From positions 21,985 through 85,984 of the IMG/VR virus record IMGVR_UViG_3300012979_000028: DNA of 64,000 nucleotides; one strand, given 5' to 3'. The notes below the pieces were generated by a model. The model made no database searches, was not told the origin of the DNA, and saw only the letters and a program-made list of their open reading frames with translations. The position numbers and the translations under genes are program-made. Below, piece by piece: positions 59,412-64,000 of this stretch (position 1 is its first letter; every line of letters starts with the position of its first letter). Origin of the DNA: a virus (Duplodnaviria; Heunggongvirae; Uroviricota; Caudoviricetes).

Positions 59412-60907
59412 TCTGCTAGCAAGTTAAGGTCTGTTGTACGGTAGTTGATGTTGTCTCCTTGAACCCCATCTTTAATAGCATGCTTAGGTCCATTTCCAAC
59501 AACTACGATACGATTCTTATTAACTCCATACTGCTGAACTAGGTAATCTGCTACACTCTGAGCTCTTTTCTTTGATAGCTCTATGTTTGAATTATAATTA
59601 CCTGTAGCATCTGTATTACCCTCAATTCGAATTCTAGTATTTGCGTAAGCCTGAACAATATCTACAAACTCACGGTCAATAATAGATCTAGCATCATTAT
59701 CCAAAGTATATCCGGCAGTCGGGAAATTAATAGTAACTTTCTTATTACTAAATGCCGGTTTTGTTTCATCTGCTGTAGTCGGAGTTGCAAAGTTCTTCTC
59801 TACAGTACCGAAAGCTTCCTGTTTATTAGGCAACTTATTATCACTGACTACATTCTCAACAATATCAGTGTAAGCTACTTTAGACCAAGGTAATACTGAC
59901 TTACATAAACCTAGCTGACTATACTGATAACTCATCTTACTATAAATTCTCTCACCAGTCATTCCAGAATAATCAGTACTAATTCCAAGCCAATTCTTTT
60001 CATCCTCTAGAGTTGCATAGTTAATAGTCTTTGATGAAGCTAGTGCAAATTCAACATCAGTCTCAAAGGCCTGTGCAAAACTTGATGCTGCCTCTTTGAA
60101 TGCCTCTTTATTATTAGATACCTCTGAATTAGCTGCCAGGATCGCTTCTACAATTTTCTTAGCTAGATCAGAATTAGCCTCCAACCACTCTTTCTTAGCT
60201 ATCAATCCATCAGAAACTAGCATATTAGACTGAGCTGTAGAAGTAAGTACATGAGCTCCGGAAAATGCTGCTACACAATCTTGATCATCGGGTGCCCAAA
60301 CTGCTGCACAATCCACATTCTTAGACTTAAATAACTGTGCTGCCTCAATACCAGAACCTACTTTAACTGGAATAATATCAGACATCGACATTCCAGAGGT
60401 CTCTAGTGCATTAATTAATAAAGTATGACTTGCTGTTCCCTCAGAATATGCTACACGCTTTCCACGAAGATCTGAAACTGTCTTTACTGAATTATTAGCT
60501 ACCAATGCATCAGCTCCAGCACTAAAATTAAGCAACATAAAATACTTTACATCAGTCATTGTACCTGCTGAACCCATTTCTACAGGCAGAGCATCTAGTG
60601 TACAATACTCAATGTCGACATCACCATTCTTCAGGGCTGATCTAGCGGCATCAAAATCATCCATAATTACAATCTTCAACTTAAGACCGTAATTTTTAGC
60701 GAAGAAGCTTTCATCAGATCCCTCAAGACCGCCATTACCCCATACGATTGGAGAGAATCCACAGTAAGTATTCACCACTACTGTAGCATCTGACTCCTTA
60801 GACTTACTACCTTTAGTTCCTCCAAATGCATAAATAATTGCACCTAGGATTGCTACTAGAACTGTAATAACCACAATTCTACCTGCTGTTGTTAATCTAC
60901 TAAACAT
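59408..60907 (-). CDS. TM-anchored NMT1/SsuA/TauA-like substrate-binding protein fused to C-terminal OmpA peptidoglycan-binding domain
   Basis: N-terminal TM helix. Periplasmic binding-protein domain. C-terminal ...NTDATGNYNSNIELSKKRAQSVADYL (OmpA_C motif). Confidence 0.7.
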   Translation of the reverse strand: MFSRLTTAGRIVVITVLVAILGAIIYAFGGTKGSKSKESDATVVVNTYCGFSPIVWGNGGLEGSDESFFAKNYGLKLKIVIMDDFDAARSALKNGDVDIEYCTLDALPVEMGSAGTMTDVKYFMLLNFSAGADALVANNSVKTVSDLRGKRVAYSEGTASHTLLINALETSGMSMSDIIPVKVGSGIEAAQLFKSKNVDCAAVWAPDDQDCVAAFSGAHVLTSTAQSNMLVSDGLIAKKEWLEANSDLAKKIVEAILAANSEVSNNKEAFKEAASSFAQAFETDVEFALASSKTINYATLEDEKNWLGISTDYSGMTGERIYSKMSYQYSQLGLCKSVLPWSKVAYTDIVENVVSDNKLPNKQEAFGTVEKNFATPTTADETKPAFSNKKVTINFPTAGYTLDNDARSIIDREFVDIVQAYANTRIRIEGNTDATGNYNSNIELSKKRAQSVADYLVQQYGVNKNRIVVVGNGPKHAIKDGVQGDNINYRTTDLNLLAD

Positions 60908-60943
60908 GATTTTTTATTTTAAAGTTAATATTTCTATTTTTGT

Positions 60944-61981
60944 TTAACACCATTGATGACCACCTCCCCGTTTAGCTGGAGTATTAGGAACTTCAACATA
61001 ATCAACATCCTGGATATCCTCTGTTGAAAATGAAGTAAACTTATCATACTTATCCAAGATAGCCTGAACTTTAACATCATTGACTTCTTGACCTAAGTTA
61101 TAATCCTCCAAGATACCATTAGAGTCATTGATAAATCTCTCCATCTCAGCAATACTCATATTAACGGTATTAGTGATATGCTCAATAGCTAGTTCTTCCT
61201 CTAGAGACTTAGTATCACCGTTCATAATAGCTGATATAGACTTTAGAGCAGACTGTTGAGCTTTCGCCTGTTCATATGCATCTTTACTTCTAGAGAGTTC
61301 AAGTTCACTTCCCTTAATTCTCTCTCCGGCAATGATCTCTAGCTTTTCTATAACTTTCTGATACTTCTCTGAAACTTCTATACGCTTTTTCTGAGATGTA
61401 ATCATTTTATCCAAGTTAGCTACATCCTGGTTTAAGTTATTTATTGAAAGCTGAACTCTTAACTTATCATTTGGCTGTAATTCCTCTTCGCTTAGTTTTC
61501 TTTTCTGTATTTTTAGCTTGGATAGATTCTCAGCCATGTCACTTTCGTATTCCTCAAGCTTATTCTTCATCTTTATCAGAATACTTCTAAGTGTAGTGTT
61601 ATTCTCATGTACTCCGGAAAGTTTGATCTTCATATTCTCAATCGAACGTTCAAGAATACTGATAGGATCAATCTTAACAAAAGCTCCTACAATCTTTCTG
61701 TTTATTTGTAGCCAGAGTAGAGATACCCACTTTCTAATGTCGCTGCTAGTAAGTACAAACAAGATAGCAGCTATTCCCACAAGTTCTGCTATAAAAACTA
61801 GTAAATTCTCTGCAGCGGAAATCAAGAACGGAAGAGCCTTGAAAAATCCAAATCCAAGACCAAGAGCTGCACCTATAGCCGTAATCTTGGCAAACGTTCC
61901 GCCAGGTCTATTAAACATGTCAGAGATTGATAAGTTCTTTCCCTGATTACCTACTGTTGGAAAACCTTTATTATCCATCAT
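60944..61981 (-). CDS. membrane-anchored PspA/IM30-like coiled-coil protein
   Basis: Two N-terminal TM helices, then DPISILERSIENMKIKLSGV... which resembles the PspA start [20 protein letters not shown], then a long coiled coil. Tentative. Confidence 0.4.
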   Translation of the reverse strand: MMDNKGFPTVGNQGKNLSISDMFNRPGGTFAKITAIGAALGLGFGFFKALPFLISAAENLLVFIAELVGIAAILFVLTSSDIRKWVSLLWLQINRKIVGAFVKIDPISILERSIENMKIKLSGVHENNTTLRSILIKMKNKLEEYESDMAENLSKLKIQKRKLSEEELQPNDKLRVQLSINNLNQDVANLDKMITSQKKRIEVSEKYQKVIEKLEIIAGERIKGSELELSRSKDAYEQAKAQQSALKSISAIMNGDTKSLEEELAIEHITNTVNMSIAEMERFINDSNGILEDYNLGQEVNDVKVQAILDKYDKFTSFSTEDIQDVDYVEVPNTPAKRGGGHQWC

Positions 61982-61982
61982 C

Positions 61983-62762
61983 TTAGATATTTAAGTTATT
62001 TATAATTTTTACATCATTATCCAAGACATTCATAAAGAAGTCGAATGTTGCTCTGAATTTCTGCTCTTCTTTATTAATCTCCTCCGTGGAAACCTGAATC
62101 TCCTGTTTGATTGAGTTAATACTAGCTTTCATTTCCTCAATACTCTTCTTCAGCTCTTCAATTTGACCTTGTCTTTTCTCAATCTCAAGCTCAGTATTAG
62201 AAATGACGCTCTCTTTATTTCCAATCTTTTCTAATCTCTTTGCCTCGAACTGACTCTGACCATCCTGCTTCTCTTCACTGATAAAAGCTCTGTAAGTCTC
62301 AATGCTCTTCAAAAGTACATCCTTACTAAATTCTGGATGTTGAGCTTTGAGCATAAGAAAGGCAGACTGCATTCTCTTCTCAATTGGATCACCGGTTGCT
62401 CTTAGACTTTCTGAAAAATTGCGGATCTCTAAGTAATTAGGTCCTGGCAAATTACGGTCTGCAAGTACTTCCCAAAGATGTTTAAGTCCCGCTTCATCTA
62501 CTTCATTAATGACTGTAGAATACTGTGTCGTCGATGGTATCACAGTTGTCGTTGTTTGAGTCGGCGTCACTTCAGTTTTCTTTTCAACTTTCTGTTCACC
62601 TTCATCCTTAATAAAAAAACTTTTAAAATCCATCTTATTTATTTTTATTAATCTACATTTATAAGATTTTAAGGGGACAAGAAAAATAGAGACACAAAGG
62701 CCTCTACTTATTATCTCCAAATTTTTATAATCCACTTGAGCCAACACACTACTAGTATCCAT
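61983..62762 (-). CDS. coiled-coil hypothetical protein
   Basis: 259 aa. Confidence 0.5.
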   Translation of the reverse strand: MDTSSVLAQVDYKNLEIISRGLCVSIFLVPLKSYKCRLIKINKMDFKSFFIKDEGEQKVEKKTEVTPTQTTTTVIPSTTQYSTVINEVDEAGLKHLWEVLADRNLPGPNYLEIRNFSESLRATGDPIEKRMQSAFLMLKAQHPEFSKDVLLKSIETYRAFISEEKQDGQSQFEAKRLEKIGNKESVISNTELEIEKRQGQIEELKKSIEEMKASINSIKQEIQVSTEEINKEEQKFRATFDFFMNVLDNDVKIINNLNI

Positions 62763-62828
62763 TTCCCTAAGTTACAGTAGATATAAGTAAATGTTGGAAA
62801 TATATTACAGCTACCGGAATGCTCTAGT

Positions 62829-63272
62829 CTAAAGTTCATGGAGTTGATCAGTAATTTCTTTTAATACTTGCTCAATTTCCTCTACAGTACAGTCATCTCC
62901 CAAGTATCCATGTTCCATACAGATATCCAATACTCCAATCCAATCTACATACTCTCCGTTAATTAGTGGAATGCCAAGGGATCTATCATCTATAAACAAA
63001 TCTGCATGAACCTTAGGACTCTTTGACCACTTTCGCTGCTCAGGATTCAGGTTTATACCCCACAGATTAATACCTTCCTTTACTAACCAATTTCCAGCAT
63101 TAAGCGAATAAAACCCATCTCTTACTGTATTCAGGATAATCTTTATACCCTTAGATTGCATCAACTTTAGTACAGGAATAGCTCCAATAGGTTTACCGAT
63201 GTTAGGAAACTCATCTGTTACACAAGTTCCATCAAAATCTACAGCAACAATTTTAACTTTACCATCTTTCAT
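62829..63272 (-). CDS. HAD-superfamily phosphatase
   Basis: Motif I VAVDFDGTCV. Downstream DD motif FIDDR. Confidence 0.6.
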   Translation of the reverse strand: MKDGKVKIVAVDFDGTCVTDEFPNIGKPIGAIPVLKLMQSKGIKIILNTVRDGFYSLNAGNWLVKEGINLWGINLNPEQRKWSKSPKVHADLFIDDRSLGIPLINGEYVDWIGVLDICMEHGYLGDDCTVEEIEQVLKEITDQLHEL

Positions 63273-63326
63273 AATCTTTCTTCTATTTTAATTAATCACA
63301 TATAAGATATCTAGAAGGCTAAGTCG

Positions 63327-63539
63327 GTGAAAATATCCGCCCTAAACCAACCCGAGAACCTTATATATGTAAAGAAAAATAACATGGAAAAAGAACAAGA
63401 TAAGGTTCTAGAGGAGACTCTAAAGAACCTTAAATCTACTTCAGCAAAGACTTGGATTAAGACAGGATTAATAGTAGGAGCTATATTTGGAGCCTACATC
63501 ATTCTTAACCAATACTTTGGAATCTGTATAGATTGTTAA
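63327..63539 (+). CDS. small membrane protein (plus strand)
   Basis: 70 aa, C-terminal TM. Confidence 0.45.
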   Translation: MKISALNQPENLIYVKKNNMEKEQDKVLEETLKNLKSTSAKTWIKTGLIVGAIFGAYIILNQYFGICIDC

Positions 63540-63648
63540 GTAGAAAGTTGAGTTTTATCGCATACTCAATATATAGACAAAAAGCAAGATTGACTTAAGA
63601 AGGTTCAAAAAGAAATCTTCAAAGTTTTAACGCAACAAATATTACTAT

Positions 63649-63732
63649 GTTGTGGCTATGGATAATATTATCATTCCTCGCAGGAGTGGTAACAACTCTA
63701 GGGGTGTTGTTATATATAACAACTAGACCCTA
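63649..63732 (+). CDS. 27-aa hydrophobic peptide (plus strand)
   Basis: MLWLWIILSFLAGVVTTLGVLLYITTRP, followed directly by a strong terminator. Confidence 0.3.
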
Positions 63733-63738
63733 AACTTT

Positions 63739-63765
63739 ATAACCCTGCGGGGTTATTTTTTTTTC
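63739..63765 (+). terminator. rho-independent terminator (plus strand)
   Basis: ataaccctgcggggttat hairpin + T9. Confidence 0.7.
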
Positions 63766-63780
63766 ATATCCACTAAATCT

Positions 63781-63862
63781 CTTATATATGTAAAATATTC
63801 TGTATATTTTTGTTAAATTTAGTAATAAAGTCAGTCTGAGATGGATTGGCTTTATATTTTTT
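63781..63862 (+). ncRNA. candidate small RNA unit 1 (promoter-like CTTATATATG + terminator hairpin)
   Basis: cttatatatgtaaaatattctgtatattttt...aaagtcagtctgagatggattggcttt + T-run. No ORF. Confidence 0.35.
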
Positions 63863-63879
63863 TCACCTCCTCTAAATCT

Positions 63880-63962
63880 CTTATATATGTAAAATATTCT
63901 ATACATTTTTATTTTGCTCATTAATAGTAAAGTCAGCTCGAGAGGGGTTGGCTTTATTTTTT
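63880..63962 (+). ncRNA. candidate small RNA unit 2 (tandem duplicate of unit 1)
   Basis: cttatatatgtaaaatattctatacattttt...aaagtcagctcgagaggggttggcttt + T-run. About 85% identical to unit 1, with an identical terminator stem and a different loop. Confidence 0.35.
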
Positions 63963-64000
63963 ACACCGGACTCTGTATTAATAAGAAAAAAATAGAGGAT

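Noticed and set aside
63730-63921. Minus-strand ORF 63730..63921
   Set aside because: It is a translation of the two direct-repeat sRNA-like units, with internally repeated peptide KIYRIFYIYKRF, and lies on the locally non-template strand.
1-64000. Eukaryotic giant-virus (NCLDV) origin
   Set aside because: Hairpin+T-run terminators, Shine-Dalgarno-like sites, 4-nt ATGA gene couplings, T4-like split topoisomerase and primase, and a family A polymerase all fit a bacteriophage better. The host cannot be determined from this window.

Overview
This is a strongly AT-rich 64-kb segment that reads like part of a large virulent dsDNA phage genome (jumbo-phage-like), and I cannot see the host from the sequence. 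Three signals point to a prokaryotic virus: hairpin+T-run terminators, occasional Shine-Dalgarno-like sites, and 4-nt ATGA gene overlaps. About 75 genes are packed almost entirely on the minus strand. Small plus-strand islands sit at 14.3, 24.5, 28.7, 55.6 and 63.3-64.0 kb. Intergenic regions carry a stereotyped cassette, read in mRNA sense on the minus strand as [hairpin GGCTTT][T-run][CCCYTAAAACC][TTATATATG / TTATAAATG][0-75 nt][ATG]. This resembles T4-type late promoters (TATAAATA).

Recognisable genes, mostly in the replication/nucleotide group:
- T4-like type II topoisomerase: gp52-like subunit at the window start, plus a gp39/gp60-like large subunit whose Toprim motif is split by a 321-nt ORF-less group I intron.
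- Putative SF2 helicase.
- Family A DNA polymerase (14.9-22.6 kb), fragmented into about 8 exons by seven group I introns of three structural sub-families. Two introns carry homing endonucleases: one GIY-YIG, and one with triple zinc-ribbon repeats plus a Vsr/DUF559-like nuclease domain.
- DnaG/gp61-like primase, ThyX, DHH/DHHA1 phosphoesterase, metallophosphatase, HAD phosphatase, AAA+ ATPase.

There is also a striking set of host-physiology genes:
- A 6TM K+ channel.
- SPFH/prohibitin, ClpC-like Hsp100, FtsH-like AAA+/M41 protease, and a TM-anchored PspA/IM30-like protein.
- An IF-1 homolog.
- An operon-like cluster holding an IMPDH/GMPR-family barrel that lacks the catalytic Cys, plus a NitT/TauT-type ABC transporter whose TM-anchored substrate-binding protein is fused to an OmpA peptidoglycan-binding domain.

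Non-coding structure includes two ORF-free regions (5.04-5.57 kb and 29.5-30.95 kb), a duplicated 33-nt 5' leader, a conserved 17-nt box with flanking A-run present three times, repeated terminator hairpins, and two tandem promoter+terminator mini-units at the right edge that look like small RNAs.

All functional calls rest on motif recognition by eye. Exact splice junctions are approximate.
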